Below are positions 12,606 to 24,640 of a DNA stretch of 64,000 nucleotides, piece after piece. The stretch lies in NCBI GenBank assembly GCA_038087875.1, contig CM075978.1, forward strand, positions 133,424,001-133,488,000, written 5' to 3'. Position numbers and translations under genes: made by a program. How positions within the stretch are numbered: the first letter of the stretch is position 1; every line of letters starts with the position of its first letter. The notes below the pieces were generated by a model, which was given only the letters and a program-made list of their open reading frames with translations, was not told where the DNA came from and made no database searches. The DNA is from Malacoraja senta (Eukaryota).

Positions 12606-13109
12606 CTCTGGCGTGTGAGGCAGCAAGTCTACCAGCTGTGCCACTATATTTTGTTTTCCAACACACTAAAAATTATACGTTGATAACTTTGGTTACTAAA
12701 AAAATGAAAATATCCATTTTCAGTTTTAAATCTCCAAATGACGCTATGTCCCCTTTTACAGCTACTGTATGTTTTAATTAAGTTCAAGACTATGGGGCAG
12801 TACATTGGCCATAAAGTTGCTGCCTAAAAGTGCCAGACCCAGAATTTATCCTGAATATGGGTGCTGTCTGTATGGAGTTTGCTCCATTTCCCTTTGATCG
12901 CATGGGTTTTCTCCGGGTGCTCTTGTTTCTTTCCACATTCCAAAGGTGTGCAGGAACCTATTTCAGACCCAACCCAAAACGTAATATTTTCCTTTTGTCC
13001 AGAGATTCTGTCTGAACTGTTGAGTTACTCCAGCTTTTTGTGTCTATCTTCAGTTTCAACCAGCATCTGCAGTTCCTTCCTACACACACGGTACTATACG
13101 ATAGAACTT

Positions 13110-13244
13110 NNNNNNNNNNNNNNNNNNNNNNNNNNNNNNNNNNNNNNNNNNNNNNNNNNNNNNNNNNNNNNNNNNNNNNNNNNNNNNNNNNNNNNNNNNN
13201 NNNNNNNNNNNNNNNNNNNNNNNNNNNNNNNNNNNNNNNNNNNN
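13110..13244. other. Assembly gap
   Basis: Run of N. Confidence 1.
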
Positions 13245-14890
13245 ATATATAAATATACACCGTTTTGTTTTCTCGTTTATAACATTGTTTACAGAGTACT
13301 ATGTTTACATATTCTGTTGTGCTGCTGCAAGTAAAGATTTCATTGTTCTAACTGGGACGTGAGAGAATAAAACACTCTTGACTTTTGACTTACTCCGCTA
13401 ATGTGTGGGATAGAACTAGTGTACGGGTGATCGGTGGTCGGCGTGGACTCGGTGGGCCGAAGGGCCTGTTTCCACGCTGTATCTTTAAATTAAACTAAAA
13501 ACACTAAAACCAGAGGGAGTCTAAAGAAGGGTCTCTACCCGAAACGTCATCCAATTTCTTCTATCCAGAGTTGCTGGCTGCTCCATGGAGTTCCCCCGCA
13601 CAATTAAAGCATGGAATAATCTTCAGCCTACCAGAGTTACCCAACCAGACACAACTAAATTTAAGGTACCTCTTTTTTCCACAAGAACCCTTTTTTGCTT
13701 AAGTCCAAGTCAAGAGTCAAGAGAGTTTTATTGTCATGTGTCCCAGATAGGACAATGAAATTCTTGCTTGCTGCAGCACAACAGAATATGTAAACATAAT
13801 ACAGAACAGGAGATAAAAGTTCAGTGTGTTTATATACCATAGACCATATATATACACAATAAATAAACAGATAAAATGCAATAGGCTGTCATTGTTCAGC
13901 CTCCACCACTTCCAGTTTAAATTCCATTTTGAATATTTATGGAGGACCAGGAAACCAGAAGCAAGAGTTACTTCAGGGAGTTACTCCAGATCCAGGGAGT
14001 GATTCTGTGTTGGTTTTCAGTGGTCGCGGCGAGGCGGCGACCGGACAGCAATGGCGGCCAGATCTCCCACAATTCAAAGTGAGGGAGAAAGTGCCCAGCG
14101 CCGACCAGTTGCCGTGGCAGTGTGCATGCGCAGGGCGGCCGATGAAATGCAGGGGGGAGGATGTGCAGGGGGGAGGACGTAGCAGTGCGCATGTGCAAGG
14201 CGGACGGCCGTGCCGGCGGATGAGGAGCAAGCGGAGAGCAGAGACCCGGCGGCCTGGACATGGATACGGATGGCGGGCGGAGACGGAGATTGACAGACAG
14301 AGAGAGATAGAGAGGGGGGCCCGCCCAGAGTTGAACGGCAGGTGTCCTGCCTTGGCCGGAGGCTGCCTAGTTTTCGAGCCCTAGGCTTCAGCCTATGAAG
14401 CCTAGTGGTAAATCCGACTCTGCGAGGACCCCCTAGATCTCGAGGCCCTAAGCTTAAGCTTGTCAAGCTTATACGTAAATCCGGCCCTGGGTGGAAACAA
14501 TAACTTGCATCATAATTAATAAGCAGTGGGATGAGGAAGTCCAAACTGTGAATCCCTATCCTCCAGTCCACAATTAATACGTAAGTAGTGGGATGAGGAG
14601 CCAAAACCTGCAAGGTCAAAACTTTGGAAGTAGGATTAACCCAAAGTCCATTTTTAGACCACAAGTATCTGGTGCCCTCCTTATTTGCTGTAGATATCAA
14701 TGATTCCAAGATTAAGAGCATAATCTGCTCATGGATAATGCGGTATTATTTCAGCAAAAATTGTGTTAAAGTCCAAACTGTGAATACCCATCCTCAAGTC
14801 CAGCCTAATAAATTGTATTGACATAACAACATTCAATCATACAAATAATAGCCGCAAAATCAACATAATTTAATGCATAATCTATATTTG

Positions 14891-15020
14891 CTGAAGAAGG
14901 GTCGTGACCCGAAACGTCATCCATTCCTTCTCTCCAGAGATGCTGCCTGTCCTGCTGAGTTACTCCAGCTTTTTGTGTCAATCTTTGGTTGAAACAAGCA
15001 TCTGCAGTTCCTTACTGCAC
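14891..15020 (+). mobile_element. Solo PLE terminal element
   Basis: 11-bp TSD atctatatttg at 14880-14890 and 15021-15031; the insert begins exactly at CTGAAGA. Confidence 0.85.
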
Positions 15021-15599
15021 ATCTATATTTGTTGTACAGATATTAAGTATCTCAATATTTTGACTAAATATTTGTGAAGGGAGGTTGAAAGTATAGATCC
15101 CCATAGAAAATTGAACAAATTTACTAACAATAACATAATTGTCACGCAAAGAACCCCATGACTTAATCTGAGGGTTAAAACCTTTTCACTTGTGGAAAGA
15201 CCACATGAGAAAAAAAGTATTATTTACAAATTACATTGATATTTAATTTTTAGGCTTTTCATGAATTAAATGCTACATTCTAAATTCCCCAAGATTAGAA
15301 TTTTTGAGTTATTGCAATCTTATTTTAAATTAGGTTGCATGATAACTGTATTTCTTTACCACTTTTCTCAAGAGTATTACTAAAACAAATCCAAGATTAT
15401 CTTCAAATGTAAATAGTTTTATGGGGTAATAACCCAGAGTTTTTACTTGGATTTCAGCTTGATTAATTTATTATGTGCTAAGGGGCTGTAAGTTACATTT
15501 TATTATCAAGTTTTAGGGTAAATGAATAACGTGGTATTTAGATACTACGGAGTGTTGTAACTTGTAGAAGCTGCAAAGGTTATATTGAGCTCACTAAGA

Positions 15600-16450
15600 A
15601 AATAGAAGCAAGAGCGGGTCACCTGACTTCTTTAGCTTGCCTTGCCATTCAAATAATCTTGCTTGATGTGCCAGTAACCCCAACTTTCCATATGACATCC
15701 TCAATTATGGGTCTTTTGAAAATTCATCTACCTCCTTTCTCAATACCTCCAGTGATTTAGCCTTCACAATGCTCCAAGGTAGAAAATTCCAGGGATTCAC
15801 CACTCTCTGAGATGAAATTACTATGCATCTCAGTATTAAATGGCATTTCCCTGTCTTGTTACTATGTCTCCTCATTTGATAATCTCCCAAGACCAGTGAC
15901 TTTTTAACTTCCACTGTCATGGCTATTTACGATCCTATATGTTTCAATATAATCACCTCCTATTCACCTAAACTCCAAAGAAGACAAGTCTAAAATTTCA
16001 ATTACAATGGGATAGCCCTTTCAACCCATATATTAGCCCAGTGAATCTCTTCTGGACTGTCTCCAATCAAATGTATCCTTTCTAAAACAAGGGGACAAAA
16101 CTCCATAATATTCCAGTTATGGCCTCACCAACTCCCTGTACTTCTCTATGTCATACTCTAACCCTCTTGCAATAAAAGTCAAAATGCCATCTACTTTCCT
16201 GACCACTTGCTGCACCTGTCTGCTTACTTTTTATAATTCATGTACAAGAATGCCTAAATCCCATTACTACCACCCACCTGCAGTCTCCCTCACCTTAAAT
16301 TGCACCTACTGATGTGCATGACCGCACACTTCACCTCATTAAAGTCATATTGGCATGTTTTCTTCCACTCACACAATCTGGTACCTATTGTTGCGAAATC
16401 CAAATATTGTCATTGCAGCCTGGCCTCCCACGTATTTCAAAGTCATCAGT
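15600..16450 (-). mobile_element. Old CR1 LINE fragment
   Basis: SQRVVNPWNFLP...KSLEVLRKEVDEF remnant plus CR1-like 3' UTR. Confidence 0.65.
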
Positions 16451-16659
16451 GAACTCTTCAGAAGAAGATAAAAATAAGTCAAAATGAACCATTCAAGCAG
16501 CAAAAATTAGAGCAGTTTAGCAGGAGGCTTGGAATACACCTCAATATTGCATGTTAACATCAGTGTATCATAGAAAATGTTGGAAACACTCAGCAAGTCA
16601 GGCAGCATCTGTGGAAAGAGAAACGGTTAACACTTCAGGGCCAGGACTCATCATCAGAA

Positions 16660-16815
16660 GTGGTTCTTTCTTTAAAATATTCATGATTGTAGTGTCCCAG
16701 ATGTTTCCAATAATGCTCTGCTCTTCCCACATGACAGAGATGACGATTGTGAGTTTTGCCAGATGCTTGCCTCTGCCAAGCTTCAGCACTTCTGCAGACA
16801 TACCAAGTAATAGAT
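16660..16815 (-). mobile_element. RTE-clade LINE RT fragment
   Basis: GMSAEVLKLGRGKHL...WEEQSI...DTTIMNILKK resembles the RTE GIPAEVxK...WExExIP...DAxIVxIxKK motif. Confidence 0.55.
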
Positions 16816-17269
16816 ATTGAAGAAAAAATAGACTGCTGGAGGAACTCAGTGGGTCAGACAGCATCTGTGGAGTGGGAGATTGCAACCTTCACGTGGTCCG
16901 CCCTGTTTCGACCAATGCAATCAACCTGGTGTGCACAATCAAATAAGATCAACTTTAGGCTGTGCACGCCATACGCAAGAAGAAGAAGACAGCATCTGTA
17001 AAGCGAAATGGACAGACAACATTTTGGTTTTCCATTTCCCTCCAAAGACGCTGCTAACTTCCTCCAGCAATTTATATTTGCTCAAGGTTCCAGCATCTGA
17101 AGTTGCTTGTGTCTCCAATTAACAGACACTAGTGATTAATTCCCTAGTTCATAGCAATCACACAATCTTCTTCCATTCATTTGATTTCTCCAAGAAGCAG
17201 GCCTTCAGCAAAACTGATGCAATCGTGTACACAACTGGAGATGAGTTGCCCATTCTCTGTCACCTTGGA

Positions 17270-17562
17270 CTTTAGTGTAGAGATACAGCGCAATAACAGG
17301 GCCTTCAGCCTACCGAGTCCGTGCTGACCAGCGAAAACCCCAGACACGAGGACTATCCTACACACTGGGGACAATTTACAATTTTACCGAAGCCAATTAA
17401 CCTATAGTATGTCTTTGGAGTGTGGGAGGAAAGCAGAGCACCTGAAGAAAGCCCATGTGGTCACAGGGATAAAATACAAACTCCATACAGACAGCACCCG
17501 TGGTTAGGATCGAATCTGGGTCTCTGGCGCTATAAGGCAGCAACTCTACCACTGCGCCACCT
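17270..17562 (-). mobile_element. HE1-like V-SINE
   Basis: Reverse complement of the SINE at 22732. Confidence 0.8.
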
Positions 17563-17807
17563 GCCATCTTGTCTTCTGCGGTGGAGAAATTGGATCACGT
17601 AATGCACATTTCTTCAGCCCGTGCAATCTGTTTCAATATTATCCATATGTTACCCATAGTTCACTTTTGGGTAAAATTGTTCCAATTGTGAATGTGGTCA
17701 AGTTACTTATGATTTCTATCCATGTGGCGCACCTGACCTTTCTCCAGCACCAGGTTCACAAGCAATGTGCTCGTGAGTCATGCAAAACCCATTTCTACCA
17801 GCACTGA

Positions 17808-18185
17808 TTAAAGTCTGATTAAAGATAGTCCGAGGATGTTCAATGAGGTAGATAGTAACTCAGGACTGCTTTCTAGTTGTTGATAGGATGGTTCAGTTGC
17901 CTGATGACAGCTGGGAAGAAACTGTCCCTTAATCTGGAGGTGTGCACTTTCACACTTCTGTACCTCTTGCCTGATGTGAGAGGGGAGAAGAGGGAGAGAC
18001 CGGGTGTGAGACTGGTCATTGATTGTGATGGTGGCCTTGCCGAGGCAGCGTGAAGTGTAGATGGAGTCAATGGAAGGGAGGTTGGTTTGTGTGATGGTCT
18101 GGGCTGTGTCCACAATTCTCTGCAATTTCTTGCAGCCTTGGATGGAGCAGTTCCCAAACCAGGCCGTGATGCATCCCGATAAAAT
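17808..18185 (-). mobile_element. Rex1/Babar-type LINE 3' fragment
   Basis: QRIVDTAQTIT...SGKRYRSV...RLRDSFFPAVIRQLN. Confidence 0.8.
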
Positions 18186-18396
18186 CCATAGATTCTGCTC
18201 TTTGTTTGAAGTGAAGACATGAGGTGAATTGAAGGAGGGATGTCTCTGCTTTCACAGCGAAAGGTACATGGATAGGAAAGGTTAAAAGGATATGTGCCAA
18301 ACATGGGCAGGTGGGACCAGTGTAGATGGGATATCATGGTGAACATGGTCAGGTGGGGCAGAACGGCCTGTTTCCATGCTGCATGATTCTAAGAGT

Positions 18397-18900
18397 GTCA
18401 GATTTGTACAGGACTGTTTAGGATTGGCACCTCTGTTCATACAAGTGAGCAGTCTGTTGTTGCGCTCGCTGTGCAGCAGCCATGCGTCTATTGAGAGCAG
18501 CAATCTGCTCATGAATGGCATCTTACTGCTCAATGAGAACATCAAGCTACTTCCTGATGGCAGTTGCCCTCCATTAGAGCCTCAGGTTGCTCCCTGTGGT
18601 AGAACCCTGATCACGAAACTGGTTCACGCTGCAGAGAGGAAGCAAGACATTGTGTGGCTTCTGCCTGAGTTCTTCCACCCAGTTGCCACTTGAACCATTA
18701 CATGTTATGTGACCGGATTGTTGCCGAACACTTGTCATCACCTCCAGAGTGGGAATTGTGTTCTCCAGGCACTGTACAATCACTTGTGAGAGCAAGGAAT
18801 GGACTCTCGTCTGCTCCTTATCATTTTGTGCATTTGATCAGGCAGGCCGAACAATACATTTACTGTCTCTTTGTACATTCACAGCATTGTTACAAAATAT
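18397..18900 (+). pseudogene. Possible P-element/THAP9-like transposase fossil
   Basis: Ordered motifs RFVQDCL, LLL..IK...GSC, C..C and NGLSSAP...LIRQAEQY, interrupted by a stop and a frameshift. Confidence 0.4.
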
Positions 18901-20149
18901 CTCAGTGATGCTGTTCATCTGTGTCCTTTGATGGAATTTGGAAAACAGAAATCTTCAGGTCCAGCTAGAACCAGCATCCGAGTGCGTCTGTCTGGTGTCA
19001 GACTGCAGGTCCCTCATCGTTGGTGTAACACGTGAGAAATAGGAGTATTTGGTCCCCAAACTATTCAATAAAATCAAGGCCGATCTTTTACCTCAACGGC
19101 ATTTCCCATTGGCTTCCTTCTCTTCTATCCTTTGATCACTCTGACGTCCAGAAATCGTTTAATCGCAGCACTGGATGCAGTCACTGACTGAGTCTCTGCA
19201 GACACTAGGAAGAGATTTTCCAAAATTAGCCACCTTTTGAGTGAAAAGGGCTCTAAATAAGCGAGTTCGGTATTACAACTGCGCATGCCCAGGTCAAGGG
19301 TTATTTGGGATAAACATTCTCGCCAGCTGAGCTACTGTGTGTGTACGGACCTGCATATTCATTTCAATTAGATTTATAAATAAATTTATCCAAATATGTC
19401 AGCAGTAGGCCACAGCTTACTGCAGGCTGTACAAATCCACAATTGTATCTATTTAAATTATTGACTCAATACAGCACCAGCCTTGAAAACGCAAGAATGC
19501 CTGGAACGAACTTATCAATTATCAAATCCCGGGCATTAGCCTGACTCACAGCCATTCAAATTCGATATTGATTTACACGAATTACAAGTTGTGTGGTCAA
19601 CCAATTTGAGACAATACTTACATTCCAATCTAAACAACCTTCCTGGATTGAAGGAAACAAGGAGAATGTGCTGTGTGGGGGTAGAAAGTTCAGATTGGAT
19701 TTGAACAGGCTGGTTAAACCTTCGAGGTGGGTTGGCTTAAATAAAGATACTGTCGCTTTAACCTCTGGGGTTGGTTCTGCCTGTCAGGGCACACAGTTGG
19801 GAGCCAGGTCCGGGTGACCGGCGGTGATAATTATGAGAATTTGCAGCCATTTGAACTGCAGCCAAACTAGTGGCTCCACTCAGGAGTGGGTCGCAGCTCC
19901 CCAGCTGACGGGGCCTGTTCTTGTTCTCTTTGAAGGAGGCGCCGCCTGCCCCAGCGAGTGGGCAAACGCGGGGCCAACCCATAATTTGAGTGGGAGCATT
20001 TTCTCAGTCAGACTTTGTTGACAGTTGGGGTGGGGAATCTGGGAGAAAGAGAGCTGGCGATGCCGCACAGACGGAACAGTTTAATAATGAAACCATTAAA
20101 ATCTGCCCTTCGGCCACTCGGCAACCTGGGCTGATCTGATCTGACAGCC

Positions 20150-20807
20150 CTCTCACTAACTCACTGCGTGCCTGATCCTAACGCAGAACCTCCACAAAAC
20201 CTTTGGCCTGCACTCTGCTTGAAATGGTATGAAATTGCATTTAAATTTGGTGGCCTGTACTCTGCTTGAAATGGTATGAAATTGCATTTGAATTTGGTGG
20301 CCTGCACTCTGCTTGAAATGGTATGAAATTGCATTTGAATTTGGTGGCCTGCACTCTGATTGAAATGGTATGAAATTGCATTTGGATTTGGTGGCCTGTA
20401 CTCCGCTTGAAATGGTATTTCAAGGAATAGCCGTGAGTGAACTGCCAGCCCACCAGCTCTGAGTGACTGAGCTGCCAGCCCACCAGGCCTGAGTGACTGA
20501 GCTGCCAGCCCACCAGGCCTGAGTGACTGAGCTGCCAGCCTACCAGGCCTGCGTGACTGAGCAGCCAACCCACCAAGCCTGAGTGACTGAGCTGCCAGCC
20601 CAAGAATCCATTCGGCCCACAATGTCCACACTAGCACTCTGGAAACCAGTCCCTTCGGCCCACAACACCCATACTAGCGCTCCAGAAATCCCTCCCCCCC
20701 CCCCCCACTGGCCACCAATATTGGAATTGATGGAGAGGTGGAATATTGCGTTGGGGGACCAGCCCTCCCGTGTGAAAATGGGACCCAACGGGTCCCACTT
20801 AGTCTAG
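20150..20807 (+). mobile_element. Non-autonomous Helitron-like element with 47-bp and 30-bp minisatellites
   Basis: 3' hairpin tgggaccc-aac-gggtccca at 20779-20797, then CTAG at 20804-20807 followed by T. About 4.5 x 47 bp (20204-20418) and about 5.5 x 30 bp (20435-20602). 5' end approximate. Confidence 0.7.
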
Positions 20808-22731
20808 TCCTCTGCTAAAGTTATGTATAATATTCCAGGTGTGTCTCACAAACGCCCTAAAAAACGTAGTAGACCGTTTTTACTCTTGTGTTCAAACAAT
20901 CCTGCAATAAAGGTCAACATACCATTTAGCTTTCTAACTCCCTGCTACACCTGCATGTTAGCTTTCATTGGCTTGTGTACAAGAACACAAAGGTACCTTT
21001 CGACAAAAACAATATAATGTTACATCTTTCACTTTGTACTCCAAATGTCATGGTTGTATTCCCTTCAATCAGCTGGTCTAAATCTTCTTCAAGCCTCTTT
21101 GTGTCCTGCTCACTACTCACATTCCCAACACACTTGAGAATGCGACACGTTCCCTTCAGCTAAATCTTGGCATAGGTTGTGAATGTCCGGCTTTGATCCT
21201 GAGGTAACCTTTAGGTGACATCCTGCTAACCTAAGAAGAGCTTGTTTAGCTCAGAAACGTCTGAGGGAGGTCTCCCGAAACGTCACCCATTCCTTCTCTC
21301 CAGAGATGCTGCCTGTCCCGCTGAGTTACTCCAACTTTTTGTGTCTATCTTTTGTTTATTCATATAAACATAGAAACATAGAAAATAGGTGCAGGAGTAG
21401 GCCATTCGGCCCTTCAAGGTAGCACCGCCATTCAATATGATCATGGCTGATCGTCCAAAATCAGTACCCCGTTCCGGCTTTTTCCCCATATCCCTTGATT
21501 CCCTTAGCCCTAAGAGATAAATCTAACTCTTGTTACTCAGCTTTCAATTTGTTAATAAACTCTCGATGCACACAAATATATTACATGCAATTTCATGTGC
21601 TCTGATCTTGTTCATTAACTTCCTTTGTGGAGCCTTACAAAAACCTTCTGCAAATTTGCACCTTTATGGTGAATGCTGCAGCACAGATAGTAATGAAGAT
21701 GTCCGCTGAAGTGAAAATCTAAGCTGTAGTGATTACAGTGAAGCTTTGTTAATGAACATACTTGGCTGGTTGCTTCTAAATGCTGATAAAGAAGTGTGGG
21801 CCTCTGTGGTTCTTCTGACACTTAGGAGGAGGATGGTTACATCGAGCCTGGGATAGTACTGTGCATGTGCCCCCTCTCCTATTCCTCACTGTCTAAGCCT
21901 TTGGAGGCTGATATCTGTGTAGAAGTAGAGAGGATAAAATGTCAAAGACGCTGGTGAAGGAATGGACTGTGTTTACATGGATTGTGGATGGGGTGACAGC
22001 TTGTGCATGTGTGAGTTTATGTCAGCCTGTGTGTGTATTTGGTAAGTATGTCTGTGTAAAAGAGCAGTATTTCCACATGAATGTGGCCCACCCTCACATA
22101 TCATATGTGATCGTAAATGTTCTATGCCACTGTTCCACGGTGCATGGATTGGTGCCCTTGGAGGAGACAACAGCAGCCAGCTCTGACTAAGCTCTTCTAA
22201 TGGTGGCCCTGGCAGGTCTGGTGCATCTACCCATTGGTACACTTGTCCTCCATTCCTGCATCAATGCTTTAATGCTGCCTTGTATAGATCATTTAGTTCT
22301 CTCCTTCCTCCCCTTTCTGCCTCATCCTCACCCTGCAGCAGCCACGTCGTGTGTTTTTTGCTCATTGCTGCCCAGGGGGAACACATGCTTTTAAGGGCTG
22401 ATGCAAAGCAAAGTGTTGTGAATTGTGTTCAGAGGAGCCCACTCCTCCAGCCAACTGCACAGGTCAGGTTTTTGCACTTATTTCTGGCGGAAGCCAAGCT
22501 GAAACTTAAAAAAAAAAAAAAACATTTTTTTCAGGAGTCCTACTATAGAGTCAGACAGTGGAAACTGGCCCATCGCCACAACTTGCCCAAGCTGAACTTG
22601 CCCCATCCACATTGGCCCCACCTGCCTACTTTACCAACTCCCTGCACAATTGTAACAAAAGGTCCCTAATTCCAAATGGCAACCCCTTTACAATACATGC
22701 ATATATGCCATTTGTCCTCTTCAATACTTAA

Positions 22732-23048
22732 GGGTGGCACGGTGGTCCAGCGGAAGAGTTGTTGCCTTACAGAGTTGCAGCACTGGAGTCCCAGGTTCGG
22801 TCCCGACTATGGGTGCTGTCCGTATGGAATTTGTATGTTCTCCCCGTGACCTGCATGGGTTTTCTCCGAGATCTTCTGTTCCTCCGACACTCAAAGACGT
22901 ACAGGTATGTAGGTAATATAGCTTGGTATAAGTGTAAATTGTCCCTAGTGTGTGTAGGATTGTGTTAATGTGCAGTGATCGCTGGTCTGTACGGACTTGG
23001 TGGGCCGAAAGGCCTGTTTCAATGCTGTATCTCTAAACTAAACTAAAC
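22732..23048 (+). mobile_element. Full-length HE1-like V-SINE
   Basis: tRNA-like head (A/B box-like ggtggtccagcgg and ggttcggtccc), V-domain-like core (tgttctccccgtgacctgcatgggttttctccg), CR1-type tail gggccgaaaggcctgttt...ctctaaactaaactaaac. Confidence 0.88.
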
Positions 23049-23227
23049 TTGCTGCACCTGCCTGCTGACTTTTTGTGATTCAAAGACAAAGATGAAGGCA
23101 TCTGTAAACAATCATAAAACATTTACTTTTGGCCAATATCCAAAAAGTTTGTCCCCCTATTAGTTTTGATTCCATTATCAAGTATATTTTACTCTCAATT
23201 TGTTGAATCCATAATCAAGACAACTGA

Positions 23228-23367
23228 AGATAGACTGGTCTGAAGAAGGGTCTCGACCCAAAACTTCAACCATTCCTTCTCTCCAGAGATGCTGCCTGTC
23301 CCGCTGAGTTACTACAGCTTTTTGTGTCTATCTTCGGTTTAAACTAGTATTTGCAGTTCCTTCTTAC
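23228..23367 (+). mobile_element. Solo PLE terminal element
   Basis: TSD acaactga at 23220-23227 and 23368-23375. Confidence 0.8.
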
Positions 23368-24224
23368 ACAACTGATTTGTGATAGTAACTACAGAAATGG
23401 TATAATCTCTCACATATCTAGTGTTATTGGAAGCTAAACTTGTTATCCTTATAACTTAGTCTCTGACCTACTTTAAACTAATAAAAACACTGTAATTGTT
23501 GAAATAAGTTATCTCTATTTTTTTTAGCCTTCTAATTTCCAGACTTACTGAATCAGCGAGCTTTTAAACACGTGAAAAGAAGTGAATCCTGACCATCTGC
23601 ATCTCTGCAGAGATTATGTTAGCATGGCTTTGTGCTAATATTGATCTATAAACTGTTGCAAGTAAGTAAGAAATTAGGAAAATCTGGAAATATTGAGAAA
23701 GAAAATGAAAAGAAAATGTAACACAGGAGAATAAAATAAACTAAATTGAGGGAACATAAACACAAAACAAGAAAAAAGATGATTCAAAATAGCAACAATT
23801 AAAATATGTGAAAACAAGGCAACATTGAAATAAATGTTACAAGCCACAGAGAGAAAATAGTTTGCAGTATTTTCCAAAAACAACGCGAGATAGTAACCAT
23901 CAGATGGTAAACGAAAACTATTGATGATCAATTGCATATGGAACAGTCAGCTTGCTCAAAACCAGAACAAAATCTACTGTATCTAATTTTAAATTTTCAG
24001 TTTTAACAAATGACATTGATACAAAAATAAAATAGTTTTTGTTTTATAATAGATTAAGAAACGTACTTTCTAACTGTTAAGATTGCAGAGCTTCGAGATG
24101 CAGAGAGATCAGGATGCCTCAGAACATGATCTGCTAAATATTAGTACAATACACTACTTGAATGTTTGTTTTATTGTCTCTTGCTATGTTTTATGTGGGG
24201 GGTGCGGGGGGGCGGGGTCGGGCG

Positions 24225-24640
24225 CATGGGCGGAAATCCTGGGGGGGACGGTGGACACACGTCCCCCCCATGCTTTAAGAGGTGGGGGACAATCCCCCCC
24301 ATGTTTTGTAATCCGGACTTTAACGCTTTCTAAGGGCCCGTTCGCGGAGCCTTTCAGCGCCCGGCACGGCTTAAAATCAAACTGCTGCATCGAGGCTTCC
24401 GATGTTGAAGCCCCCGCTGGCCGATGAAAGCCCCCGCGAACAGTCCAATTCAAGCCCCATGATTCGGGGCGGACGAAGTTGCTGTTGCTGGAGTTCGCAG
24501 TCGGTCACCAACCAGGTCAGCTTCCGATGTTACCGTCCACAGGGCCCACGGCCGAAGCCTCGTGGGCCCTGTGGGCATGCGCGCACACGGCCACCAAGAA
24601 ATTGATTCCCCCCATGTTTTGATAGCGACTTCCGTGCCTG
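24225..24640. mobile_element. GC-rich non-autonomous DNA transposon (hAT-like)
   Basis: Imperfect TIRs catgggcggaaatc and gacttccgtgcctg; repeated cccccatgtttt subterminal motifs; no TSD found. Confidence 0.45.

Larger units (their letters stand above)
9856..14489. mobile_element. hAT-ended composite element (~4.6 kb, spans two gaps)
   Basis: TIR cagggccggattta at 9856-9869 and taaatccggccctg at 14476-14489; flanks ggtggagg and ggtggaaa (6/8 match). Confidence 0.6.

Noticed and set aside
12312-12683. ORFs with poly(RV) and poly(NP) tracts
   Set aside because: These are translations of the telomeric repeat inside a MITE/SINE, with no gene structure.
13929-14721. Long overlapping ORFs of 151-215 aa
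   Set aside because: GC-rich, stop-poor interior of the hAT composite; no transposase or other recognisable motif.
18376-18693. Resemblance of CGRTLITKLVHAAERKQ to SPATA45, a neighbour of FLVCR1 in mammals
   Set aside because: Wrong strand for the recalled synteny, no HFP motifs and no exon signals. A transposase fossil fits better. No SPATA45 or TATDN3 exon was recognised elsewhere in the window.
20161-20637. Repetitive 120-158 aa ORFs and a CRISPR-like appearance
   Set aside because: Head-to-tail minisatellites without unique spacers, in eukaryotic DNA.
22732-22810. Possible tRNA gene
   Set aside because: It is the tRNA-derived head of a V-SINE, with no complete cloverleaf.
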